From assembly GCA_020719775.1 (NCBI GenBank), contig DYPS01000002.1, positions 7,837-71,836 on the forward strand: a stretch of 64,000 bases of DNA, given 5' to 3'. Source of the DNA: Desulfosporosinus sp. (GTDB lineage: Bacteria > Campylobacterota > Campylobacteria > Campylobacterales > Arcobacteraceae). Position numbers and translations under genes: made by a program. The notes below the pieces were generated by a model. The model saw only the letters and a program-made list of their open reading frames with translations, did not search any database and was not told the DNA's origin. Every line of letters starts with the position of its first letter. Positions within the stretch are counted from its first letter, which is position 1. This document shows positions 1 to 9,536 of the stretch, one piece after another.

Positions 1-58
1 TAAGAATTTGATTAATCTTATTATAAAATAAAAATTATTTTAATGAAGGAATAGAGAA

Positions 59-1240
59 ATGACAATTGATTTATCTAGAAGAATAGACACACTTTCTGAG
101 TCTTTGACAATAGCAATAGCTACTTTAGCGAGGGATTTAAAAAAAAGTGGTAAAGATGTGGTTAGCTTTAGTGCTGGTGAGCCTGATTTTGACACGCCAG
201 AAATTATTAAAGCAAGTGCAATAGAGGCATTAAATAGTGGTTATACAAAATATACAGATGTCTCTGGTTCAGCTGAACTTAGAGAAGCAGTTGCTTACAA
301 ATTAAAAGTGGAAAACAATCTTGATTATAAGCCAAGTGATATTATTGTAAGTGTTGGTGCAAAACATAGTTTATTTAATATTTTTCAAGCTATTATTGAT
401 GATGGTGATGAAGTTATTATTCCTGCACCTTATTGGGTTACTTATCCTGAGCTTGCACTTTATAGTGGCGGGATTCCTGTTGCAATTGAAACTGATGATG
501 AAAGTGGATTTAAAATAACTCCAACACAACTGAAAAATGCAATCACTTCAAAAACAAAAATGTTAATTTTGACATCCCCATCAAATCCAACAGGAAGTGT
601 ATACACTAAAGATGAATTGATTGCTTTAGCAGAAGTTTTAAAAGATACAAAAATTGTAGTTGTAAGTGATGAGATGTATGAAAAGTTAACTTATGATAAT
701 TTGGAATTTACTGCAGCTGCTAGTATTAGTGAAGATATGTTTGCAAGAACTATTACAGTGAATGGATTAAGTAAATCAGTTGCTATGACAGGATGGAGAT
801 TTGGATATCTTGCATCACCAAACAAAGAGTTAGTACAAGCAATGATAAAACTTCAAGGTCAAAGTACTTCAAATATTAATTCAATCACTCAATATGCCGC
901 AATTACCGCCCTTAAAGGTTTGGCAAACGATGATATTGAGGCAATGAGAGTTCAATTTGAAAAACGAAGAAACTTGGCTTGTGATATGTTTAATGCCATT
1001 AATGGATTAAGTGTTGTTCGACCAAATGGAGCTTTTTATTTATATGTAAATATTAAAGATATTGAATTAGATAGTATGAAATTTTGTAAAGAACTTCTTG
1101 AGAATGTTGGTGTAGCTGTCGTTCCTGGTCTTGGATTTGGACTTGATGGATATTTTAGATTTTCATTTGCAACTGATGAGGCTACTATTATTGATGGAAT
1201 CAACAGGATAGAAAGATTTGTAAAAAACTATAAATGTTAA
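59..1240 (+). CDS. PLP-dependent class I aminotransferase (aspartate aminotransferase-like)
   Basis: 393-aa ORF with SPSNPTG and SKSVAMTGWRFGY (PLP-lysine region) motifs typical of AspC/AspB-type enzymes. GGA-containing RBS upstream. Confidence 0.9.
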   Translation: MTIDLSRRIDTLSESLTIAIATLARDLKKSGKDVVSFSAGEPDFDTPEIIKASAIEALNSGYTKYTDVSGSAELREAVAYKLKVENNLDYKPSDIIVSVGAKHSLFNIFQAIIDDGDEVIIPAPYWVTYPELALYSGGIPVAIETDDESGFKITPTQLKNAITSKTKMLILTSPSNPTGSVYTKDELIALAEVLKDTKIVVVSDEMYEKLTYDNLEFTAAASISEDMFARTITVNGLSKSVAMTGWRFGYLASPNKELVQAMIKLQGQSTSNINSITQYAAITALKGLANDDIEAMRVQFEKRRNLACDMFNAINGLSVVRPNGAFYLYVNIKDIELDSMKFCKELLENVGVAVVPGLGFGLDGYFRFSFATDEATIIDGINRIERFVKNYKC

Positions 1241-2169
1241 AAATTGCAACGCCAATCTCTCCTGAAAAAAAGGCAACCATAGTTTCTAGTAGTGTTGCTG
1301 CAATACTCACTTTGATAAAACTAACAATAGGGATTTTAAGTGGTTCTGTTGCTATTTTGGCAAGTGCAGTTGATAGTATACTTGACCTTTTTGTTTCAAT
1401 TTTTAATTATTTTGCTATTTCTAATTCCGAAAAACCAGCTGATAAATATTTCAACTACGGACGAGGGAAAATAGAGGCTCTAGCAAGTGTTATTGAAGGG
1501 ACTATTATTACCATTTCCGGACTTTTTTTATTTTATGAAGCAGTGAATAAATACCTTAATAATGGTGTATCAAAATATGCAGATATCTCTATTATTGTAA
1601 TGATTGTCTCTTTAGTAATCACTACTTCTTTAGTGATATATCTTAATAAAGTAGCTAAAAAAACCAATAATATGGTTATAAAAGCAGATGCTTTACACTA
1701 TAAAACAGATCTCTATTCTAATATTGCTGTTTTAATCTCTCTTATCGCTGTTTATTTTACAAATTTAGAAGCTATAGATGTTCTTGTAGGTGGGGGGATA
1801 TCTATCTATATTATTTACAGTGCCTATGAGCTTATAAAAAATGGTGTTTTAATTTTACTCGATAGAGCTTTAGAAGAAAATATGATAAAAGATATTAATC
1901 ATATTTTAGAATCAGAAAATGAGATAAACAACTTTCATTTCTTAAAAACAAGAGCAGCAGGAAATGTAAACTTTGTTGATGTTCATCTTGTGTTTGATTG
2001 TATTATTTCACTTATTGATGCACATAGAATAAGCAATAAGCTTGAAGATCAAATTATTGCACTCGATACCAATAGAGAATGGGTTATAAATATTCACCTT
2101 GATCCTTATGATGATTCCGATATAGATCTGGGTGTATATTGTCCACAACCAGCTCATATGAAAAAATAA
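1234..2169 (+). CDS. cation diffusion facilitator (CDF) family metal efflux transporter
   Basis: 311 aa with six hydrophobic segments, SAVDSILD and HYKTDLYSN motifs, and a cytoplasmic C-terminal domain. The ATG overlaps the upstream stop codon. Confidence 0.85.
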   Translation: MLKIATPISPEKKATIVSSSVAAILTLIKLTIGILSGSVAILASAVDSILDLFVSIFNYFAISNSEKPADKYFNYGRGKIEALASVIEGTIITISGLFLFYEAVNKYLNNGVSKYADISIIVMIVSLVITTSLVIYLNKVAKKTNNMVIKADALHYKTDLYSNIAVLISLIAVYFTNLEAIDVLVGGGISIYIIYSAYELIKNGVLILLDRALEENMIKDINHILESENEINNFHFLKTRAAGNVNFVDVHLVFDCIISLIDAHRISNKLEDQIIALDTNREWVINIHLDPYDDSDIDLGVYCPQPAHMKK

Positions 2170-2171
2170 TT

Positions 2172-3524
2172 ATGGCAAAGAAAAAACAATCCCTTTTTGA
2201 ATGTCAACATTGCGGTGAACAAAGTATAAAATGGCTTGGAAAATGTCCTAGCTGTGGTGGTTGGGATAGTTTTGTGGAACTCAATCAAATTGAACAAGAA
2301 AGTTTAAAATATCTCTCAAAACAAACTACTAACGATAAAGTAAAAGCGATGCCAATTACTGAAATAAAAGAAGATGATTTGGTGCGATTTTCTTCAAATA
2401 ATGTTGAATTTGACCTTGTGATGGGAGGTGGAATAGTTCCTGGGAGCTTAACTTTAATAGGTGGAAGCCCAGGTGTTGGAAAATCGACTCTACTTTTAAA
2501 AATTGCTGGAAATTTAGCAAAAACAGAAAAAAAAGTTCTTTATGTATCTGGTGAAGAATCAGCAGGACAGATAAAATTACGAGCTACGAGACTTGATGCA
2601 AACGAAGAAAATTTATATCTTTTAGCAGAAATATCACTTGAAGCTATTATGAATGAGATGTTGCGAGAAAGTTATGAAGTAGTTATAATTGACTCTATTC
2701 AAACGATGTATTCTGATAAACTTACTTCTGCTCCTGGGAGCGTTACACAAGTACGAGAGATTACATTTGAACTTATGAGAAAAGCAAAAGAGTCTCAAAT
2801 AGCGATCTTTATCATTGGGCATATCACAAAAGATGGCTCAATTGCGGGTCCAAGAGTATTGGAACATATGGTAGATACAGTACTCTACTTTGAAGGGGAA
2901 CAGTCAAAAGAGATACGAATGCTTAGAGGATTCAAAAATCGTTTTGGAAGTACGAGTGAAATTGGTATTTTTGAAATGACTTCTAATGGACTGGAGAGTG
3001 CAAAAAATATCTCAAATAGATTTTTTACCAATACAAAAGAGCAAAGTGGAAGTTGTCTTACGGTAACTGCTGAAGGAAGTCGTGCTTTGATACTTGAAGT
3101 TCAAGCACTTGTTAGTCATAGCAACAATCCAAATCCAAAAAGAAGTGCAACGGGTTTTGATACAAATCGTCTCAATATGCTCCTTGCACTTTTAGAAAAA
3201 AAACTTGATTTGCCACTCAATAATTATGACGTTTTCGTCAATATTAGTGGCGGAATAAAAATAAAAGAGAGTTCATGTGATTTAGCAGTTATCGCTTCAA
3301 TTATTAGTAGCTTTAGAAATCGACCAATTTCTAGGGAAAGTGTTTTGATTGGAGAAGTAAGTTTAACGGGTGAAATTAAAGATGTGTTTAGTATGGAAAC
3401 GCGACTTCGGGAGGCTATTTCATGTGGAATAAAAAAAGCGATCATATCAACTAAACCTAAGGGAATAGTCGGTATAAGATGTTTTGAAATTGATGAGGTT
3501 TCAAAAATGATAGAATTATTTTAA
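2172..3524 (+). CDS. radA: DNA repair protein RadA/Sms
   Basis: N-terminal zinc finger CQHCGEQSIKWLGKCPSCGGW, Walker A GGSPGVGKST, KNRFG motif and a Lon-like C-terminal domain. The start is moved to MAKKKQ (ATG 2172); the ORF-track start at 2139 lies inside the CDF gene. Confidence 0.95.
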   Translation: MAKKKQSLFECQHCGEQSIKWLGKCPSCGGWDSFVELNQIEQESLKYLSKQTTNDKVKAMPITEIKEDDLVRFSSNNVEFDLVMGGGIVPGSLTLIGGSPGVGKSTLLLKIAGNLAKTEKKVLYVSGEESAGQIKLRATRLDANEENLYLLAEISLEAIMNEMLRESYEVVIIDSIQTMYSDKLTSAPGSVTQVREITFELMRKAKESQIAIFIIGHITKDGSIAGPRVLEHMVDTVLYFEGEQSKEIRMLRGFKNRFGSTSEIGIFEMTSNGLESAKNISNRFFTNTKEQSGSCLTVTAEGSRALILEVQALVSHSNNPNPKRSATGFDTNRLNMLLALLEKKLDLPLNNYDVFVNISGGIKIKESSCDLAVIASIISSFRNRPISRESVLIGEVSLTGEIKDVFSMETRLREAISCGIKKAIISTKPKGIVGIRCFEIDEVSKMIELF

Positions 3525-3538
3525 GGGGTATTGAGAGA

Positions 3539-4018
3539 ATGGTAGATTATAAGATTACAAGTGCAACAATGGGGGAACGACCTAGATTTGAGCTTCCAAA
3601 TAAAGAATTCCTAGAACAACTAAAACCTGAGGGTTTCATGAAGATGATTCACCATTTTTATGCAGAGATTATAGAGAGTGATATTGCTCACTATTTTCCA
3701 GATGATGAAGAAGAATTGGAATTAATTAAAAAAAGAAACGGATCTTATTTTATGATGATGTGCGGTGGAGATGATAGGTATCTTACTAGATACAATGGAG
3801 ATTTTGACCAAATTAAAACACACAAACCATTTTCTATTCCAGATAAAGCAAGAGTGGAATGGCTTGGATGTTGGCAAACAGTTTTGAAAGAAATTGAAAA
3901 TGAAATTAATCATCAAAATATTCAATCATATTGGAATTGGCTAGAGGTTTTTTCTAAACATATTGTAAATTATGAAAATGATAGAGAAACACGAGAAGAT
4001 AAAGCAAAATTAGATTAA
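3539..4018 (+). CDS. globin-family protein (truncated-hemoglobin-like)
   Basis: 159 aa. FYAEIIESD (B10 Tyr region), KTHKPFSI (proximal His) and EWLGCWQTVL (G8 Trp) resemble group II/III truncated hemoglobins. It has an N-terminal extension of about 35 aa. Confidence 0.55.
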   Translation: MVDYKITSATMGERPRFELPNKEFLEQLKPEGFMKMIHHFYAEIIESDIAHYFPDDEEELELIKKRNGSYFMMMCGGDDRYLTRYNGDFDQIKTHKPFSIPDKARVEWLGCWQTVLKEIENEINHQNIQSYWNWLEVFSKHIVNYENDRETREDKAKLD

Positions 4019-4033
4019 AAAGGAATTAATTAC

Positions 4034-4312
4034 ATGGGAAGAGATATGTGCGTAGATGTAAAAATGGAAGAGGGATATATGCGAATGAGCATAGAATTTA
4101 ATAATGATGAGAGTAAAAATAAAATATCTGATGTAATTTCTGAAATTGAAAAAAGCATGAAGATATATCCAAGTGTCATTAGAAGAAATATTAATGAACA
4201 TTGTGGAAATTTTTCTGTTGAATTTGGAATTGAAGATATGAATGGGAGAACTTCTGGAGAATTTTGTGAAGCAGTAATGAAGAAATTAGGAATTAGTTAT
4301 TGTCAAATATAA
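4034..4312 (+). CDS. hypothetical small protein (92 aa, four Cys)
   Basis: ORF with an AAGGA RBS about 10 nt upstream, packed between the globin-like gene and ybeY. I recognise no family. Confidence 0.35.
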   Translation: MGRDMCVDVKMEEGYMRMSIEFNNDESKNKISDVISEIEKSMKIYPSVIRRNINEHCGNFSVEFGIEDMNGRTSGEFCEAVMKKLGISYCQI

Positions 4313-4722
4313 TTTTTGAAAACAATACGGAGTATGAAATCGATTTAACTATAATTAAAGCGATTGCAAAATATTTAGAAATTAGAGAGATTGAACTGAT
4401 TCTCACAAGAAATGATGAGATTCAAGAGATTAATCTCTCAACAAGAGGATTTGATAAACCAACAGATGTGTTAAGCTTCCCTTATGTTGAAATGCCTCAT
4501 TCACCGGTTGGGTCAATAGTTGTTTCATTTGATTTTTTAAATGAATATGCTAAAGAATACAAAAATACAATAGAGGAAGAATTTATACTTTTATTTATCC
4601 ATGGCGCACTTCATATTTTAGGATATGATCATGAAGTAGATAACGGTGAACAAAGAGATAAAGAGGAGGAATTGATAAAATATTTTTCTCTTCCAGAAAG
4701 TTTAATAGTTAGGAATTTATAA
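4300..4722 (+). CDS. ybeY: rRNA maturation endoribonuclease YbeY
   Basis: HGALHILGYDHE zinc-binding motif and VLSFPY motif; 140 aa. TTG start preceded by AGGA. Confidence 0.9.
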   Translation: MSNIIFENNTEYEIDLTIIKAIAKYLEIREIELILTRNDEIQEINLSTRGFDKPTDVLSFPYVEMPHSPVGSIVVSFDFLNEYAKEYKNTIEEEFILLFIHGALHILGYDHEVDNGEQRDKEEELIKYFSLPESLIVRNL

Positions 4723-4723
4723 T

Positions 4724-5125
4724 ATGCTTGAAAAAATACAAAATCATTTTTTTGCAAAATTTTATTTAGAAATAGTGATCGCAGTAATATTGTTTATCTA
4801 TGCAATGTTTAGTGAAAATTTAGTTAGCGTTATCATATCCCTTCTTTATTTTATCATTTTACTTGAAATTGTTAGAGCTGTTGTTGGTTTTATAAGAGAA
4901 GAAAGAATTAAAATTGGAATTTTAATAGATGCTTTTATTATATTAGCTTTAAGAGAATTTATTGTTAATGTGGTCAAAATAAATAATGAATCAATTAATG
5001 GAATTGATTCATTATTTTCAAATAGTATAAATTTTCATATTTTAGTTTTTAGTGGTGTTTTATTGTTTTTGTTTTTTTTGAGATGGTTAGCATATCTAAC
5101 ATCACCCAATAAATACCCTAAGTAG
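4724..5125 (+). CDS. small integral membrane protein, PsiE-like (phosphate-starvation-inducible E family)
   Basis: 133 aa with four hydrophobic helices. YFIILLEIVRAVVGF...ILIDAFIILALREFIV resembles the E. coli PsiE core. AGGA RBS. Confidence 0.5.
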   Translation: MLEKIQNHFFAKFYLEIVIAVILFIYAMFSENLVSVIISLLYFIILLEIVRAVVGFIREERIKIGILIDAFIILALREFIVNVVKINNESINGIDSLFSNSINFHILVFSGVLLFLFFLRWLAYLTSPNKYPK

Positions 5126-5140
5126 GGGTTGATTTATTTA

Positions 5141-6736
5141 ATGAAGAAAAGAATTTTATTTTTTTTATTTCTCCCTTCTTTTCTTTTTTCTCTTAATTTT
5201 ACAGTAGCTTCTTATAATCCAGAAAATTTATTTGATTTCCAAAGTGATGGAACAGAATATAAAGAATTTATCCCAAATTCTTTATACTGGGACAAAAAAG
5301 CATTTTCAAATAAAATTAATAATACTTCAAAAGTAATCAATGATCTCAATGCCGATATAATTGTTTTACAAGAGATAGAAAATAAAAATGTTTTGCTAGA
5401 ATTAATGAAGAGATTAAAATATCAGTATTATTTATTTAATAAAAAACAAAAATCTGCAATTGGCCTTGCTATCCTTAGTAAATTTCCAATAGTTAAAAAT
5501 GAAATAATTATAGTTGGTTCTAAAGAAGATTTAGAAAGAAATATATTAAAAACAACCATTCAAATACAACAAAAGAACTTTATAGTTTACGCAAATCATT
5601 GGAGATCCAAAAGAGCTTCTGAGAGCAATAGGATAAAATATGCTTTAGTCCTACAAAATTATCTTAAATATAATCAAGCCGATGATTACATTATAGTGGG
5701 TGATCTTAATTCAAATTATGATGAATTTACTACATTTAAATATGAAAAAACATTGAATGATACCTATGGAATTACCGGAATTAATCAGATTTTAAATACA
5801 GTTATAAAAGGTAATTTTGTAACGAAAGAGGATATTCATAGCTACCATCAGGAGTCAATTCATTTTAATCCATGGTTAGAACTTCCCAAGGAAGAAAGAT
5901 TTAGTCTACAATTTAGAGGTGAAAATGGGACTCCAGATAACATAATTCTATCAAAAAATCTTTTTGATAGAACGAATTTTTCATACAAAGAGAATAGTTT
6001 TAGAGTTTTTAAAGCCCCGTATCTTTTTACAAAAAAAGGTGTTATACAAAGATGGAATAAAAAGAAAAAAAATGGTTTTTCTGATCATCTTCCTATTCTT
6101 GCAACATTTACTACTGATATTGTTTTTATTGATTCTTTAAAGAAAAAGGATTCGATAAATTCCAAAAATATAGAGGATAATTCGATAACCTCCCTTGGAC
6201 AACTTTATGAAATTTCTACCCTTAATAAGCCTGTAGTTATGAAAAATCTTCTTGTTACATATAAATCAAACAATATCATTGTTTTCAAAGGAGTAAATGG
6301 CGATAGATCAATTCAGTACTACAATAAAGACAATATAAATAACTTTCAATTGGGATATCGATATGATGTTGAAATTTATGAAATAGATGATTACTTTGGA
6401 ACAAAAGAGATTAAAAAACTTAAAATATTATCTACAAAAGATTATGTGAAGAATATACAAGATCACTATTTTGACGGTTCTACAAAAGATTTAAAAAACT
6501 TAAAATATCAAAATGAAGTTGTCAAAAATATACGAGGAGTGTATTTAAAAAAATATTTGCATTATAGAAGTTCAAAAGGGAAAGAAAAAATTAGATTATA
6601 TTTTAGAAAAGGTATTGAAAAACCAACAGATGGGGTTTCTTTGGTTGTAGAAAGTGGAATTTTATCATCATATAGATCAAAAATACAAATAGTTATTAAC
6701 AAACTTGAGGACTATAAGGTATATCAAAAGAAGTGA
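5141..6736 (+). CDS. secreted endonuclease/exonuclease/phosphatase (EEP) family protein with a C-terminal extension of about 200 aa
   Basis: Signal peptide MKKRILFFLFLPSFLFS. EEP motifs IIVLQEIEN, VGDLNS and SDHLPILATF. The C-terminal beta-rich region is unassigned. ATG 5141 is preferred to TTG 5129. Confidence 0.75.
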   Translation: MKKRILFFLFLPSFLFSLNFTVASYNPENLFDFQSDGTEYKEFIPNSLYWDKKAFSNKINNTSKVINDLNADIIVLQEIENKNVLLELMKRLKYQYYLFNKKQKSAIGLAILSKFPIVKNEIIIVGSKEDLERNILKTTIQIQQKNFIVYANHWRSKRASESNRIKYALVLQNYLKYNQADDYIIVGDLNSNYDEFTTFKYEKTLNDTYGITGINQILNTVIKGNFVTKEDIHSYHQESIHFNPWLELPKEERFSLQFRGENGTPDNIILSKNLFDRTNFSYKENSFRVFKAPYLFTKKGVIQRWNKKKKNGFSDHLPILATFTTDIVFIDSLKKKDSINSKNIEDNSITSLGQLYEISTLNKPVVMKNLLVTYKSNNIIVFKGVNGDRSIQYYNKDNINNFQLGYRYDVEIYEIDDYFGTKEIKKLKILSTKDYVKNIQDHYFDGSTKDLKNLKYQNEVVKNIRGVYLKKYLHYRSSKGKEKIRLYFRKGIEKPTDGVSLVVESGILSSYRSKIQIVINKLEDYKVYQKK

Positions 6737-6835
6737 TTGATTGAAAATATTCATTTTTTAATAGTTTTTAAATCCTTTTTGATGAAACTTTTGATAAGAT
6801 AACTGCTTAAAAAATAAGAAGAATAAGGTTATTGA

Positions 6836-8185
6836 ATGATACATTGGATGCAAAAACATAAAAGATGGCTAGTGATTACTATATGGATAAGTACTATAGC
6901 CTTCGTTGGGGCTGGATTTGTTGGATGGGGCTCGTATAGTTATGGAAAAAATAGTGGTTCAGTTATTGCTACTGTTGGAGATTTAGAGATTGATTTTCAA
7001 GAGATGCAAAAAGAATACAATATGATGTATGGGCAATATCAACAAATGTTTGGAAATAATTTTAACCAAGAAATGGCTGCTAAATTGAATTTAGAACAAC
7101 AAGCTTATAAAAGTTTAATTCAAAAATATCTCATTTTAAACTTAGCCCATAAGTATGGAATTATTGCAACCAATGAAGATGTGGCAAAGGAATTAGTCAA
7201 ATATCAAGCGTTCATAAAAAACGGAAAATTTGATAAAGAGAGTTATTTAAAAATATTGCAACAAAATGGAACAAATCCTGCTGATTTTGAAAGTGCTATG
7301 AAAAATGATATTGTTTTTTATAAAACTATCTCTATTTTCAATTCTACTCTTGATCAAAAAGAACTAAAAACATTAACTGACATATATTTTAGTGAAGATG
7401 AAGTCTCAATTAATATTATCGATTCTAATAGTATCGATAAATCATTTGACGAAAAAGAACTCAGAGCATTTTGGGAAGTAAATAAAAATAACTATAAAAC
7501 AATTATGAAATATAAAGTTAAGATAGAAAAGATTTCTATCGAAAATGATGAAAAAGTAGCAAAAAACAATGCTCTTAAAAAATATCTTACATTAAAAAAT
7601 AATAAAGAAGATTTTACAAAAGAAGAGTTACTGGACGATCATTCAATCTTATTTGGGAATAATTTAAAAGATATAACAGCTTTAAAAGTTGGTGCAATCC
7701 TTAAGCCTTTTAGAATTGAAAATGAATTCATTATTGTTAAGATGATTGAAAAAATATCTCCTGTACTATTAACTTTTGAACAAGCAAATGCTCAAGTGAA
7801 GAGTGATTTTTTAAGAACTATTGCTTCTAAAAGAATGGAAAAAAGAAAGGAGGAATTACTTAAAAACTTTAGTGGAACAAATATAGGGTTTATTGGAAAA
7901 GAAACAAAGCCTCAAATTAATGGGTTAACTAATGCTGATATTGATAAGTTAATTCAAGATATTGGAGTATCAACTTCTACTTTAAATGCTTCAACTTTAG
8001 ATAATAAAATTGTAGTTTATAAAATTGAAAGTTCTAGATTAGCTGAAGTTAGTAAAGAGAAAACAATTGGATTGTCTCAAAGTATTGAGAAAATGAAGAA
8101 TGAAGAAATTCTAATGTCATTACTAAGTAAATTAGAAAAAGAATATGAAGTAAAATCAAATATGAAAGTGAATAAAAGTGAATAA
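6836..8185 (+). CDS. ppiD: membrane-anchored periplasmic chaperone, PpiD/SurA-like
   Basis: N-terminal TM segment WLVITIWISTIAFVGAGFVGWG followed by a SurA-N-like domain. The position immediately upstream of ftsA-ftsZ matches Campylobacter. Confidence 0.7.
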   Translation: MIHWMQKHKRWLVITIWISTIAFVGAGFVGWGSYSYGKNSGSVIATVGDLEIDFQEMQKEYNMMYGQYQQMFGNNFNQEMAAKLNLEQQAYKSLIQKYLILNLAHKYGIIATNEDVAKELVKYQAFIKNGKFDKESYLKILQQNGTNPADFESAMKNDIVFYKTISIFNSTLDQKELKTLTDIYFSEDEVSINIIDSNSIDKSFDEKELRAFWEVNKNNYKTIMKYKVKIEKISIENDEKVAKNNALKKYLTLKNNKEDFTKEELLDDHSILFGNNLKDITALKVGAILKPFRIENEFIIVKMIEKISPVLLTFEQANAQVKSDFLRTIASKRMEKRKEELLKNFSGTNIGFIGKETKPQINGLTNADIDKLIQDIGVSTSTLNASTLDNKIVVYKIESSRLAEVSKEKTIGLSQSIEKMKNEEILMSLLSKLEKEYEVKSNMKVNKSE

Positions 8186-9536
8186 GCAAGATAAAATAAT
8201 TTTAGCTTTAGATATTGGAACCACACAAGTAGTTTCCATTATTGCTAAAAATGATTTAAATGATAAAATAAATATTTTAGGAATTGGAAAAGTACAAAGC
8301 AGTGGAATCAATAAGGGAAATATTATTGATATTGAATTGGCTTCGGTGGCGATCAAAGATGCCGTCTTGCTATCAAGAAGTAGTTGTGATGTTGAAATTG
8401 ATGAGACATATGTTACCATTTCAGGGATTAATACAAGATGTGTTAGAAGTAAAGCGACAACAACCATACCAAGTGGTCATATCACTTCAAATGATATAAA
8501 GCTTATTCTAACAAGGGCCTCTTTGCATGAAATGCAAACCTCTTCGGACTATGAAGTAATTCATGTTATCCCCCTTAGTTTTGCTGTTGATGGAAATAGT
8601 ACAATAGAAAATCCGTTGAATATTAATGGTTCAAGACTTGAAGTAGATGCTAATATAATTATGGCTAAAAGAACAGCTTTAAGTAATATTAGAAATGCTC
8701 TTAAGAAAGCAAATCTTGATGATATCAATTATGTCCTAGCTCCTTATGCATCATCAATTGCAACACTTGATAATGATAATAAAAAATTAGGTAGTATTGT
8801 GATTGACCTTGGTGGAAGTACTTCTGAATTTGCTGTATTTCAAAATAAAGCGATGATATACAATGATATGATATCGATTGGAGGAAATCATCTAACAAGT
8901 GATATTTCAATGATTTTGAAAACACCTCTTAATAGTGCTGATGAGATTAAAAAGAAATATGCAACATTAATACCAATTGCAGATGATGAAGAACAACAAT
9001 CTGAAAAAATTAAAGTTCCGCTTTTAGGAAATGAACTTTTAAGTGAAGAGGTATCTCGTAATTATATACAGAAAATTACCCATGCAAGAGTTGAAGAAAT
9101 TCTTATTTTGATACAAAAAAGATTACTTGATAGTGGTCTGTATCATAATATAAATACAATCTTTCTAACAGGGGGAATGTCAAAAATTCCTGGTATTGAT
9201 ATGCTGACAAGAGAGGTATTTCAAGGTTTCCATGTGCAAGTTAAAAATCCTATAAATATTCAAAATGGTTATGTCAATTTTAATGATTCTTCACTAAGTG
9301 CAGTGGCTGGGCTTATTGTTTATGCACTTGATACTGATCCAGCTTTAGAGCTTGATTCAAATAGAAATTTAAGAGAAAAGAAGCAAGATAATATTGGAAG
9401 TAGAGTTGCAGAAGATATTAACTTAATAGATACAAGAACTACGGCAACAATGAGTCAACAGAAAGAAAAAGAAAAAGAGACAGAACAATCATCTTCTTTT
9501 TCAACAATATTTAAAAAAATTTCAGAATGGATATAA
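8178..9536 (+). CDS. ftsA: cell division protein FtsA
   Basis: Actin-like ATPase motifs ILALDIGTT, VIDLGGSTSEF and LTGGMSKIPG, with a C-terminal amphipathic tail. GTG start overlaps the end of ppiD. Confidence 0.9.
   Translation: MNKQDKIILALDIGTTQVVSIIAKNDLNDKINILGIGKVQSSGINKGNIIDIELASVAIKDAVLLSRSSCDVEIDETYVTISGINTRCVRSKATTTIPSGHITSNDIKLILTRASLHEMQTSSDYEVIHVIPLSFAVDGNSTIENPLNINGSRLEVDANIIMAKRTALSNIRNALKKANLDDINYVLAPYASSIATLDNDNKKLGSIVIDLGGSTSEFAVFQNKAMIYNDMISIGGNHLTSDISMILKTPLNSADEIKKKYATLIPIADDEEQQSEKIKVPLLGNELLSEEVSRNYIQKITHARVEEILILIQKRLLDSGLYHNINTIFLTGGMSKIPGIDMLTREVFQGFHVQVKNPINIQNGYVNFNDSSLSAVAGLIVYALDTDPALELDSNRNLREKKQDNIGSRVAEDINLIDTRTTATMSQQKEKEKETEQSSSFSTIFKKISEWI

Noticed and set aside
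2139-2171. N-terminal extensions in the ORF track for radA (2139), dnaJ (59466), leuD (63687), leuB (63149), rsmH (44977), the Wzi-like gene (42938) and the nucleotidyltransferase (62049).
   Set aside because: The extensions overlap upstream genes or translate AT-rich intergenic DNA. Internal starts with good RBS spacing reproduce the conserved family N-termini.
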